Assembly: GCF_001194135.2 (NCBI RefSeq)
Contig: NC_068997.1
Span: 53,290,552-53,336,797 of the forward strand
Source: Octopus bimaculoides
Taxonomy: Eukaryota
DNA: 46,246 nucleotides
Direction of reading: 5' to 3'
Positions 1 through 11,973 of this stretch are shown piece by piece (the stretch's first letter is position 1; the number at the start of each line of letters is the position of its first letter). A model generated the notes under the pieces. The model saw only the letters and a list, made by a program, of their open reading frames with translations, was not told the DNA's origin and ran no database searches. A program made the translations under genes and the position numbers.

Positions 1-40
<40 letters not shown>

Positions 41-185
41 CATATATACATGAATATATGTATGAACATACATGCATGCTTTTTACAGCCATACGTGTAT
101 ATAGTGCGAAATGTGTCCAAGATCTTTATTAGTAGAAAGCTGTTCGATTCCTTGGAACGGAAGTGAAGCACCAATCAAAGAGACA

Positions 186-287
186 TCAACAGACGTGACT
201 TTCTCTTCCATTTTCGACTGCCAAAATATCTAACTTGAAATTCTTTGCATTGCGCATTTTGGTGCCATATTTAAACTTCACATTCAG
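186..287 (-). CDS. Candidate terminal coding exon, LNVKFKYGTKMRNAKNFKLDILAVENGRESHVC*; family not recognised
   Basis: Minus-strand acceptor GTGTTTTGTAG ends at 288. Phase 0 is open for 33 codons to TGA at 186-188; the other two phases stop within 5 codons. AATAAA lies on the minus strand at 125-130, about 55 nt after the stop. Confidence 0.45.
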   Translation of the reverse strand: MNVKFKYGTKMRNAKNFKLDILAVENGRESHVC

Positions 288-659
288 CTACAAAACACAC
301 AAGGAAGTAAGACACACTTGCACATACATACATACATACATACACAGACACACGCACACGTACACACAATTACACACATATACACATATGTGTACACATT
401 TATGCACAAAGGCACATACCCAAAAATATTCTAACACATACACATGGACAGACAGATACACACACATACACACGTGCATACACGCACACATACAAACACT
501 CGCACACACACACAAGCACATAGAAACACAGAGTGAAACACATTTACAGTTACATGCACACACGTGTGCATACTCGAGACTTACGTCCATTCATATGAGT
601 CGAAGTATATTAATATATGCATATTTATAATATACCTCTACATACATATATTTACATGG

Positions 660-716
<57 letters not shown>

Positions 717-748
717 AATATCTATATATCTGTCTGTCTGTCTGTCTG

Positions 749-1395
749 TACAAACACCACCCTGGGGCTGTAACTGAGGGAGAAAATGCATCAATTCTGA
801 GACTTCCCAGTACGTACAGAGCGGGCCATCAAGGCAAATAAACCAGATGTTGTTGTGAAAGACAAAAGCAGTAAAGTCTGTTTATTGATTGACATGAGCA
901 TACCCTGTGACCATGATATCTCGGCAAAAGAGTTTGATAAGCCCAGAAAATATAAAGATTCGCTCATCGAAGTCGAAAGATGTGGCATCTGAAGACGGTT
1001 GCAATACCAGTGATTGTAGGAGCACTTGGAATAACCAAAAAAGGAACTGAAAATTGTTAAAGAATGATCCCTGGTTTAACATCCATGCAGGTAGTGCAAA
1101 AGATTGTCTTAACTGGTAACTGGTCACACGTATTGAGAAAAGCATTGTCGCTGTAAATACTCTTGTCTTTTTCCCCTATATTTTACTTTTTATTTTTCTA
1201 TTTTTTATTTTTTCCTTTTTCTTTCTGTCCTCCCCTTTTTCTCTATCACATGACTCTGTAAATGAATTATTTTTTTTTTTACCTACCAATGCATACAGTA
1301 CGTTTCTCTGCCCTAGGTGTCAGCAAGACACGCAGCAAGAAATGGAGACAGAACTGAAAGAAGATGCTAAAGAAAATAATAATAATAATAATAAT
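749..1395 (+). mobile_element. 3' fragment of an RLE-type non-LTR retrotransposon (endonuclease domain, 3' UTR, (AAT)n tail), frameshifted
   Basis: Translates to IKANKPDVVVKDKSSKVCLLIDMSIPCDHDISAKEFDK..KYKD, a PD-(D/E)xK motif, then after a frameshift WHLKTVAIPVIVGALG. The ORF ends at TAA 1154-1156 and an (AAT)n tail starts near 1376. Confidence 0.85.
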
Positions 1396-1952
1396 AGTAA
1401 CAAGAAGAAGAAGAAGAATGATAATAATAATAATGATAACCATATAGTCATTGTCATCGTTGTCATCTTTGTCGTCATCCTACATCTCCTGCTCCTCGTC
1501 CCCCTCCTTTTCCTCCTCCTCCTCCTCCTCCTCCTCCTCCTCATCATCATCATCATCATTATCGCCGTCAACTCCTCTGCCATCCACCATCCGACCGAAC
1601 CCATCACAACTCACCATAAAACAAAACAAAACTTCATCTGAAAAACAATCAGAGAAAGTTAAACACTTTTGAAAAATTCCTTTGCCATCTCGTCTGACAT
1701 AATAACAGTGGTCACTTTAAAATGTCCACATCTAACCTTTGACACTGAAAAGATGACCAAGCAAAAGTTAATTTGTCGAGGTCAACCATGAATTCAGGTG
1801 GCGAGTTTAGTTTTGGAATCAATAAACATCGCGAAAATATTGGAAGTTGTATCTCGGCCTGGCCAAGAGATTTATTGCCAGATTTCTTCAACTTTAATAA
1901 GCTCACACATACATACATACATACATACATACATACATACATACATACATAC

Positions 1953-2032
1953 ATGGCTTGAAACCGGATTCGCGAAGCTGCAAAGAAGACATCTTAACCA
2001 CGAGAACGCACACGACAGGTATTTGCTCATAC
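1953..2032 (-). CDS. Weak candidate internal exon (80 nt, or a 25-nt version 1953-1977)
   Basis: Acceptors TTTGTATACAG (2033) or TCTTCTTTGCAG (1978) and donor GTATGT (1952). The donor coincides with the start of a (TATG)n repeat, so it may be chance. Confidence 0.2.
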
Positions 2033-2160
2033 CTGTATACAAATACATACACACACGTACATCTGCATATACAGAGACAAAAAAGTCATCATACATTCAC
2101 CTATATATATATAGATACACACGTATATATATATATACATATATATACATATACATATAC

Positions 2161-2235
<75 letters not shown>

Positions 2236-2845
2236 TGTATATACATATATATATATATACACATATATATCTATATATATATACACACATATATATAGAC
2301 GTGCATATATCTATACTTACATACATACATATATATATGTGCGTGTGTGTGTGTATGTGTGTGTGTGTGTGTGTGTTTGTGAGTGTGTGTGTGTGCATGT
2401 ATGTGTGTGTTTCTATGTGTACATACGGATATCATGAGAGAAGGGGAGAAGATTGAGTACCAATAGTAAGAAGAAAGCAGAGAAAGATAGGTGTTCGATA
2501 GATAGATAGATAGATAGATAGAAGGAGAGTGACGGAGAGAGATAGCTATATATATAGAGAGAGAAGGAGACGGTAAGAGGGGAGAGGGAGAGGGAGAGGT
2601 AGAGAAAAGTAAGCGTAGTAAAAGATCAGGACACGGTGACATCCGGGTGGTAAGGAAACATTGTGTCAATTATGGTCGGCCTCACTCTGTCGTTGTATGG
2701 CAGTTGACATTCAACCGAGGTTGCCAACGCCACCATCACCAACACAACCACCACCGCAACCACTGCTACGACCAAACAGTCACCAACTCCACTCCCCACC
2801 CACTACATAACACCCCGTACACCCCGAACACTCCAGAAAACATAC

Positions 2846-2920
2846 CGTTTGTTCTAACTGAAATGCCATCGACGGGGTTGCGAGGATCCACGGTGTCTGC
2901 TCTAGAACTGACTCCATGGT
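2846..2920 (-). CDS. Candidate 75-nt internal exon (HGVSSRADTVDPRNPVDGISVRTN or TMESVLEQTPWILATPSMAFQLEQT)
   Basis: GC-richer unique island between simple repeats. Donor GTATGT at 2845-2840, weak acceptor TTGTTAAG, two open frames. Confidence 0.3.
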
Positions 2921-2929
2921 CTTAACAAT

Positions 2930-3700
2930 GGTGGCGGCGCTGATGGTAGTGATGGGTGGCGAGGGTGGTGATGGTGGTCATGGTGGTGGTGACGGCGGTG
3001 GCGGTGTTGACTGTGGTTGTAGTGTTGTTGGTTATGTTGTTCTTGTTGATGGTAGTGGTTATGGTGGTGGTGTTGGTGGTAGTGGTGATAAAAGATATAG
3101 TCGTGCTGCTAATGGTTGTATTGGAGGTGGTGGTGGTGGCAGTAGTGTTAGCAATGGTACTATCGGTGGTGGTTAGTGGTAACGGTGGTGGTGGTTATGT
3201 TGTTGCTGTTGGTGGTGCTGATGGCTGTATTGGAGGTGGTGGTGGTAGTACTGTGATAGTCAGTGGTACTGACGGTAATGCTAGAAGTGGTGGTAGTGGT
3301 GATGTTAACCATTTCAATGATGGAATGCTACGTATAGTCTTGGTGGTGTTCTATGTTGTGTTCGTAGCCTTTGTGGTGCGGATGATGATGATGATGAGGA
3401 TGATGATGATGATGATGATGACGGTGATTGTGATGGTGGGTTTTTGTGGTTTTGTGGTGTTTATATTAATTTCGACTCTGGTGGCGCTTGCTCTTTTAGT
3501 AGCTTTGCGGTTAGTCTCATTGATGCAGGAGCCGATGACGATGGTGCCGTTGATGTGGTGTTAGCCGTTGTTGGTGTTGGATGCTGTGGGTGGTAATGCA
3601 GGCTGTTGATCTTGTTGTTATTGTTGTTGGTGGTGTTGATGTCGGCTGTGTTGTTGGCTGGTTTCGGTGTTGATCATGATGCTGATGGTGTTGGTATTAG
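2930..3700. repeat. Imperfect (GGT/GAT/GTT)n low-complexity tract
   Basis: Degenerate trinucleotide repeats visible directly. Confidence 0.9.
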
Positions 3701-3756
3701 TTTACAGGTGCTCCACCCCTCTCAACTCAGACTTTATAATCAAAGATATTCCAGGA

Positions 3757-3847
3757 GCAGGTGTGGCTGTGCGCTCAGGAGCTAGCTTCCCAACCACATG
3801 GTTCCGTGTTCAGTCCCTCTGCATGATACCTTGGCCATATTTTCTCT
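3757..3847 (+). mobile_element. 5' fragment of octopus tRNA-derived SINE, family A (resembles OR-type CORE-SINE)
   Basis: GCAGGTGTGGCTGTG...GCTTCCCAACCACATGGTTCCGTGTTCAGTCCC...CCTTGG matches the head of the full copy at 7511-7962. Confidence 0.75.
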
Positions 3848-3871
3848 AATGCACCCAGAAGATATCTAAAA

Positions 3872-4076
3872 CAGCGATTCTCAACTGCAGCCCCTAGGCA
3901 TGCATGTGACACTCAAGAACCCTTCTGGCGGCCCCCGACTGACTTCTCCTCTTGAAATATAATAATTTTTTTTCTTTAATTGAATCATTTTAGACTTTCT
4001 TTCTGTGGTGCGGCCCTCGAAAAGAATCCATGTTTTGGTTCTGGCCCACATATTAAAAAAAGACAGAGAAGCATTG
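3872..4076. mobile_element. Non-autonomous hAT-type DNA transposon (MITE) with 8-bp TSD
   Basis: ATCTAAAA is exactly duplicated at 3864-3871 and 4077-4084. The left end CAGCGATTCTC and the reverse complement of the right end, CAATGCTTCTC, form degenerate TIRs. An 8-bp TSD and CA...TG termini are hAT hallmarks. Confidence 0.8.
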
Positions 4077-4259
4077 ATCTAAAATCGATGAGATGTACTT
4101 ATTATTAATAGGACCGTGTGCACTCCGAGGGAAGTTTCGCTATTGTTTCTAGCAGGTGGGGCGCTGATTTGAGAGCCTTTAGTTGTCTGTTGGTGTTGGT
4201 AGTGATAGCTGTGACGATGATGGATGGTGTCATAGGTCGAAGTACAAGGTAACGATATT

Positions 4260-4610
4260 GTTGATCTGTATGATGATGATGATGATGATGCTGGGGATGA
4301 CGATGATGGTGGTGCTGATGAGAAGTGGGATTTGTACAATGATGATGATGACGACGACGACGACGGTGATGGTGATGGTGATGATAATGATGATGGTAAT
4401 AATGATGATAAAAATGATGATGATGGTGGTGTTGATTGTAATGATGACAATCATAGAATGACGACTATGGTGATAATGGCAACGATGACGACAACGATTG
4501 TTATAATGATGGTGACGTTGATGATGGTGATGACGGTGATGGTGATGACGCAAAAACGATGACGTCGATGCGAGCGATGTGATGATGAAGATGATGATGA
4601 AGACGATGAC

Positions 4611-4655
<45 letters not shown>

Positions 4656-4790
4656 AGTGGTGGTGGTGGTGGTGACTGTGATGATGTCGACAACCACGAC
4701 AGCAATGATGATGATGATGATGATGATGTTGATGACGCTGCTACTCGTGCTGCTGCTGCTGCTGCTGATGGTGGTAGTGGTGGGGAGAGT
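4260..4790. repeat. Imperfect (GAT/GAC/GGT)n tract
   Basis: Visible trinucleotide repeats; the ORFs here shift between poly-S, poly-I and poly-H registers. Confidence 0.9.
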
Positions 4791-5068
4791 AAGGACGGTG
4801 GCAATGGAGAGGAAGATACATAAGGTTAGGTGATGCTTTATGCTAAGGTTAGGCCGACACAGATGCTAGCTGTGTGCGTAGCGCATTGGTCTGGTGATCT
4901 GTTTTAGTGACGAGCACAGACACACAAGACAACACCCCACCCCAGCATCTTTGACCTTCAGCATCTTCACCCACACGCGTCTACTCACACTCGCAGCTTC
5001 TCTTCTAGCTTATCTTTAAGTACACAATTCCATCCATCCATCCATCCATCCATCCATCCATCCGTTCG

Positions 5069-5142
<74 letters not shown>

Positions 5143-5401
5143 GATCGATCTACCTATCTTAGGCTTTCCTTTTCACGGATAAACCTAATCTTACTTTTTA
5201 CACTTAAAAAATTTTTCTGTGATACACAATCCCTATTGATGTTTTTTTTTTTCTCACGATCCCTTTTGATCGGAATTTTGTTTTTCTCCTTTTTTCTCTA
5301 TTTTCGAAAACAAAAGTTCTACAGTGTATTTTGTCCCCTCTGTATTCGGCCCTGTGTGGCTAATAAAGAAACTTATGTATGTATGTATGTATGTATGTAT
5401 G

Positions 5402-5451
<50 letters not shown>

Positions 5452-5982
5452 ATAGCAAAAGAGTAGATGACATTAATATTGCCTTTGCACAGCTTCTAAC
5501 GCTGGAGATGTACTACGGTGTCAGCTGTTCACTACCNNNNNNNNNNTATCTATCTATCTTATATACACAAATATGCGTACATATATACACATAAATATGG
5601 CAGTTAGCCTTGAGGAGCTTTCACAAATTGACGTCTTATTTAAATGAAATATACATATCTATTTTAATGGAAGCTTGAAACGTGTTTATAACCGCCATTT
5701 TGAAAATTATATTTGTTTGATTAGTTTTTCTCTTAATTACTTTCTTGACATAGAAATGGTCAAAATCTGACAGAGATTGGCACTAAAAGCCTTGATAGGT
5801 ATCACATATCTTTCATGATATATGTTCTGGTAAATTTGTTCTTCATTCGATTTCGTGTTTTTGATTTCTTCCGAAATAATTAAAATTTATGGTTAATTAT
5901 ATGGTTAACACGATGGAGAGTTGAACTGACTGAAGTTGCTCCTATTTCATGAGGCTCTTAAAAATAGAGAGAACCACGAATG

Positions 5983-6117
5983 GTTTTAGATTTTGGCACA
6001 AGGCCAGCGGAGACGGCTAGTCGGTAATATCGACACCAGTGTGTAACTGCTACTTATTTTTATCGACTCGGAAAGGATGAAAAGGAAAGTTGATCACGGA
6101 AGCATTTGAAGTCAGGT
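5983..6117 (-). mobile_element. Degenerate SINE family B fragment (core and tail)
   Basis: The reverse complement contains TTTCATCCTTTCCGAGTCGATAAAAATAAGTAGCAG...CTGGTGTCGAT...GGCCTTGTGCCAAAA, shared with the copies at 11758 and 40305. Confidence 0.7.
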
Positions 6118-6691
6118 CATAAAATGGACGAAATATGGTCATAATTGATGAGCTTTTGTTTTCCTCATAATGTTCAAGTATTATCGTCTTTCATCTTCTT
6201 GTAAGACACATTCATTCATCCGATGGTTCTTCTAAAAAAAGAAACGTGTGACATTCTCCTACACAGCCATATTTCAAACGCATTGTTTGATTCTATTCTC
6301 TTCAAATTCGCTCAGAGTCCCATGCTTTGCAACGATAAATACCTATTGGCCAAATAAGCCCTTGCTTATAGCAAAAGAGTAGATGACATCAGGTAACCTA
6401 AAGAGTGAAAGGGCTTTCATCGGCATTCTACTAACCGTATACCCAAAGTCCAAACAATNNNNNNNNNNNNNNNNNNNNNNNNNNNNNNNNNNNNNNNNNN
6501 NNNNNNNNNNNNNNNNNNNNNNNNNNNNNNNNNNNNNNNNNNNNNNNNNNNNNNNNNNNNNNNNNNNNNNNNNNNNNNNNNNNNNNNNNNNNNNNNNNNN
6601 NNNNNNNNNNNNNNNNNNNNNNNNNNNNNNNNNNNNNNNNNNNNNNNNNNNNNNNNNNNNNNNNNNNNNNNNNNNNNNNTATATATATATG

Positions 6692-6735
<44 letters not shown>

Positions 6736-7402
6736 TGTATATAAATGTATATATATGTGTGTGTGTGTGTGTGTGTGCGTGCGTGTGTGTGTGTGTGTGT
6801 GTGCATGTGACTGTGTGTGTGCGTGCATTTATGTATAGTAAATATGTGCATGCTTATATATTTCTGCGTGTGCATATTGTATGCGTGTAAATAATATATA
6901 CATGTGTGTTTCTATGTATGTGTGCGTGTGTGAATGTATATATGTATACGTTTTGGCAAATGGAGCCTGCATTCTGTTAAACATATTTCACAGATATTAT
7001 GAAGTTTACTTAGAAAGTTGTAATTAACAACGAACTAAAATCTGGGCTAAATGTTGGAAAATATGTGTTAAATATTGTAGTAATTAAATCTTAATTAAAG
7101 AAAATTGAATTTCATCTTGGACGGATTGATATATCGAACTTCATCCATATTGACAGATATTCAAAGATACACACCCTACCATACGCACGTATTGGCATAC
7201 ATTTCTACTTAAACACACCAATACGCATACATACATACATACACACACACATATATATTAGCTTGTACGCATATAAATTCTTGTTTATGACTATATATGT
7301 GAATTTATCTTTATGTATATGCAGACACATATATGCATATAAATAAATTCACAAGCGTATATGGTATATGCTTAGACAAACACAGACACACACACACGCA
7401 CA

Positions 7403-7477
<75 letters not shown>

Positions 7478-7510
7478 ACTTAAATGCATACAATTATATG
7501 CTTATATATA

Positions 7511-7688
7511 CAGGCATGGCTGTGTGGTAAGTAGCTTACTTAACAACCACATAGTTCTGGGTTCAGTCCCACTGCATGGCACCTTGGGCCAGTGTCTTCT
7601 ACTATAACCTCAGGCCGACTGAAGCCTGTGAGTGGATTTGGTAGACAGAAACTGTAAGAAGCCCGTCGTATATATATATATATATATA

Positions 7689-7748
<60 letters not shown>

Positions 7749-7962
7749 GTGCATCTGTGTTTGTACCCCCATCATCGCTTGACAAACGATGTTGGTGTGT
7801 TTACGGCCCCGTAACTTATCGGTTCGATAAAGAGACCGATAGCATAAGTACTAAGCTCACAATAAATAAGTCCTGGGGTCGATTTGATCGACTAAAGGCG
7901 GTGCTCCAGCAAGGCTGCAATCAACTGACTGAAACAAATAAAAGAATAAAAGAATAAAAGAA
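7511..7962 (+). mobile_element. Near full-length SINE family A with internal (TA)n(TG)n microsatellite and (AATAAAAG)n tail
   Basis: tRNA-like head (TGGCTGTGTGGT A-box-like, GGTTCAGTCCC B-box-like), CORE-like CCTTGGGCCAGTGTC, microsatellite at 7668-7745, 3' part GGGGTCGATTTGATCGACTAAAGGCGGTGCTCCAGC and a short tandem tail. Confidence 0.9.
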
Positions 7963-7999
7963 TATATATATCTATATACACACATACATATACATATAC

Positions 8000-8418
8000 G
8001 GCCGGCCGTTGTCCGTGCAGCATCGATATTTCTCCCCTGTGCCTGTGAAATCTTGTATCCCTGCCGTAAGGCTCTATTTCCACACCTGCCAGCTTAATTT
8101 AATTCGTCCTTGGTCGAAAGACACATGTTGCTATGTCCTGTTATTATTTTTATTTTATTTGTGTAACATTGTTCGTTTTTTCCGCCCTTGTTTTTGTATA
8201 CATTCGCTGCTTTCTTCCAAGGAATCTAATGCTCTTAGCTTAGTTTTTCCTTGGGGCTGGCCAGATTGGAGCAACCTCGAGTATAATCAGCCGAAATTGC
8301 GAAGATAATCTGGTACTCGGCTGAGGAAAGATAACTTCGAATGGCCCGTCCTTGTTTTCTTTGTATCGTCTATCTGGATGTTTTGCTGTCCCATTTTTGT
8401 ATCACCTAACTGTCCGCA
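8000..8418 (+). mobile_element. Dispersed repeat fragment, possibly the terminal region of a Penelope-like element
   Basis: 8279-8400 is homologous to the reverse complement of 33424-33572 (CAGCCGAAA(T/C)TGC...CTCG(G/A)CTG..GAAAG...CGAATG(G/A)CCCGTCCTTGTTTT...CTGGATGTTTTG). The family assignment is from memory only. Confidence 0.5.
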
Positions 8419-8783
8419 GTGGTTCTGAACCTTGAACCATGTCGTGGGAAGGCAAGCTTATTACCACACTATGGTCTTTCATGCACTCTTTATTTAGGTT
8501 GGAAAAGCAGTCCCGAAAACATTTCTGAAATCCGTCTAAACAGAAATAACTTCATAAGTTTTAGTCATTTATCTTCTACGCACATGGATTAATAATGTCA
8601 CGCTTTATACTACTGCATTCTCTAAATATTTAGAGCTGAGTTACCCAAGGTTTTATCTCGATACCGCCATTACGGCACCAGTTGAACAAGGAACTAGTTG
8701 TACAAGGACCAAAACCTCAACTGCCAAAAGCAGAATTTAACTCAGTCAATTGAAACTGCACGCTCAACAATAATTACAGAAAT

Positions 8784-8851
<68 letters not shown>

Positions 8852-9084
8852 AGCGTTTAGGGCTTGGTGTGGAGAAGGAGGCTGGAGGTAAGGGTGGCTC
8901 AGAGACCATTTAATAATGTGGTTTACATTGTTCACAGTAATTATTCTGGAAACAAAGTTCATAAAAAAACTGGGTCTGTTGTTTATCGCGAGCCGACATT
9001 TTCATGCATGTTGTCGTAGCTTTGTTGCTTTATTTGTTGTTGTTGAAGCTGTTGTTGGGTGCGCCTGCGTGTGTGTATACATGA

Positions 9085-9143
<59 letters not shown>

Positions 9144-9295
9144 TATACGTGTGTATGTGCATGTAGAATTGTATATTTGTGATGTGAGTCTGTGAGTCTA
9201 ACAATAAAATTATTTTAGCGACGTTCAGTTACACCAAACTGCTTTAAGGTCATGTTACGTTTTATGTGTGGATGGATATATGTAGCTATAACTAC

Positions 9296-9344
<49 letters not shown>

Positions 9345-10312
9345 AGTGTGTGTGTGTGTGTGCGTGTGTGTGTGCGTGTGCATAAATATATGTTTATGTA
9401 TTGTTATATGTATATGTATGTATTCATATGCACTTATACATACATATATGTGTGTGTGTGTGTGCGTGTGTTTGTGTGCGCATGAATTTATAAATATACG
9501 TATATATGTGGTTTTATGAGTATCTAAATGTGTGTATGTGATGTTGGGTGTGTACGTTTCGGTGTGTTGCTAATATGTGTGTATGTTCGCGTCTGTATCT
9601 GCATATCTACATACACGTGCGCCCATAAACATTTATACATACTCCTATATAAAGTATATGCATATATATATATATATATATATATGTTTACATGGGTACG
9701 AATACGCACGCACACAGACAGGCATATTTGCACAGTCGCCATGATTAAGCCACCTGTTAGCACTTAGCCCAAAATACTGGCGCGCGGTACATTAGAAAAT
9801 TAGACGAAAGTAGATTGGGTATAAATTACCGAACTTATTAAGGTTATAGGGGGCAAACATGGCCCTTAATAATCGCATGGTTAGCATACATTGATCCAGA
9901 AGGTTAACACTGTAAAGTTTTCCTACTATAATGGCACGCGAGCGACTAATTCAGGAGAAAATCTAAGACTATTGTAACGGTTGCTGTGTTTGATGTGATA
10001 TTTGACAGGGTTGTCTGCCCTTAATTCTATAATATCTTTCATTGTAACATTTATGTTTTGCTAATATTTAGGCAACATAATAACAATTGACAACTCGCTC
10101 TTCCTCTGTCTATGTCTGCATGCCTGCCTATCTCTCTCCCTCTCTCCCTCTATCTGTCTAACTATCTATGTTTCCATCTCTTTCTCTTCCTCTCTCTCTC
10201 TCGGTGTTTGTGGTCAAACGAATACATGCATGCATGTTTATATGTTTATATGTATGTATGTGTGTATGTATGTATGTATGTATGTATGTATGTATGTATG
10301 TATGTATGTATG

Positions 10313-10347
<35 letters not shown>

Positions 10348-11142
10348 ATATATATATATATATNNNNNNNNNNNNNNNNNNNNNNNNNNNNNNNNNNNNN
10401 NNNNNNNNNNNNNNNNNNNNNNNNNNNNNNNNNNNNNNNNNNNNNNNNNNNNNNNNNNNNNNNNNNNNNNNNNNNNNNNNNNNNNNNNNNNNNNNNNNNN
10501 NNNNNNNNNNNNNNNNNNNNNNNNNNNNNNNNNNNNNNNNNNNNNNNNNNNNNNNNNNNNNNNNNNNNNNNNNNNNNNNNNNNNNNNNNNNNNNNNNNNN
10601 NNNNNNNNNNNNNNNNNNNNNNNNNNNNNNNNNNNNNNNNNNNNNNNNNNNNNNNNNNNNNNNNNNNNNNNNNNNNNNNNNNNNNNNNNNNNNNNNNNNN
10701 NNNNNNNNNNNNNNNNNNNNNNNNNNNNNNNNNNNNNNNNNNNNNNNNNNNNNNNNNNNNNNNNNNNNNNNNNNNNNNNNNNNNNNNNNNNNNNNNNNNN
10801 NNNNNNNNNNNNNNNNNNNNNNNNNNNNNNNNNNNNNNNNNNNNNNNNNNNNNNNNNNNNNNNNNNNNNNNNNNNNNNNNNNNNNNNNNNNNNNNNNNNN
10901 NNNNNNNNNNNNNNNNNNNNNNNNNNNNNNNNNNNNNNNNNNNNNNNNNNNNNNNNNNNNNNNNNNNNNNNNNNNNNNNNNNNNNNNNNNNNNNNNNNNN
11001 NNNNNNNNNNNNNNNNNNNNNNNNNNNNNNNNNNNNNNNNNNNNNNNNNNNNNNNNNNNNNNNNNNNNNNNNNNNNNNNNNNNNNNNNNNNNNNNNNNNN
11101 NNNNNNNNNNNNNNNNNNNNNNNNNNNNNNNNNNNNNNNNNN

Positions 11143-11175
<33 letters not shown>

Positions 11176-11304
11176 ATGTATATATATATCAATGGTATAT
11201 ATATGTATATATACATACGTATTATTATTATTATTTGATGGAAACTCACAGCTTATTTTGATGGTTATGATGGAAAGTGTCGGCTGTCCACAGCCAGCAG
11301 ACTA

Positions 11305-11697
11305 AGGTGACACTTGTTTTATTGGTCGTGCTTCAAGAACCCTGCAAAGGATTCTTGCAGTTCCAAGCAATGCTGATTTTTGTAGGTGTTCTACCTTCAC
11401 ACTTGCACCGATCTTTTTCAGTGATGTTGGAATTTGAGTGCTGATACTTCCAAGTGCACCAATTACTATTGGTGTCACGTCTATACTCTTCATTGACAAT
11501 AAAATTCGTATTTCCCACTTCAAATCGTCATAGTTGTTTATTTTTTCTTCTTCTCTCTCATTGATCCTGTTGTCACCGCGGCATGCTATCTCGATTATTA
11601 TACATGATCTGTCTTTTTCAGGTGCTCACACTGAATCATTGCATCCCACAGGGGTTTGCAATCCACCTTCTGCGGTTTTCTCAGATCACATTTTGCT
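11305..11697 (-). mobile_element. Second RLE-type non-LTR retrotransposon 3' fragment
   Basis: The minus strand reads ..CIIIEIACRGDNRINEREEEKINNYDDLKWEIRILLSMKSIDVTPIVIGALGSIST..EHLQKSALLGTARILCRVLEA, the C-terminus of an RLE domain homologous to 749-1156. Confidence 0.85.
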
Positions 11698-11699
11698 GT

Positions 11700-11730
<31 letters not shown>

Positions 11731-11757
11731 TATTATTATTATTACTATTGTTCTTAT

Positions 11758-11973
11758 TAAGGTCGTGAGCTGGAAGAATCAGCAGCACACCGGACACAGT
11801 GCTTATGGATATTTCCTTCGTCTTTACGTCCTGAGTTCAAATTCCACTGAAGCCGACATTTACTTTTCATTCTTTCCGGGTCGAGGAAACAAGTACCAGT
11901 TTTGCACAAGGTTCCATCTAATCGACGAGACACCCACATAAAATTTCAGCCCTTGTGCCTATGGTAGAAAGAA
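11758..11973 (+). mobile_element. SINE family B copy (tRNA-derived head, conserved central core)
   Basis: GAGCTGGAAGAATC A-box-like, GAGTTCAAATTCC B-box, TTTCATTCTTTCCGGGTCGAGGAAACAAGTACCAG core, CCTTGTGCCTATGGTAGAAAG tail. Confidence 0.85.

Noticed and set aside
585-650. Perfect minus-strand donor GTAAGT at 584
   Set aside because: There is no convincing acceptor, and the upstream sequence is low-complexity.
4156-4248. Plus-strand exon resembling a signal peptide (WGADLRAFSCLLVLVVIAVTMMDGVIGRST)
   Set aside because: The hydrophobicity follows from the GTG/GTT-rich flanking repeat, the donor GTAACG is weak and no partner exon was found.
4079-4804. Two in-frame minus-strand ORFs separated by one TGA (readthrough or selenocysteine idea)
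   Set aside because: Composition switches between poly-S and poly-I within the frame, as expected from repeat slippage; there is no evidence of a real protein.
8774-8960. Minus-strand MVSEPPLPPASFSTPSPKRSTTT..AAA frame
   Set aside because: It runs into (ACT)n and (GCT)n repeats with no usable splice pair.
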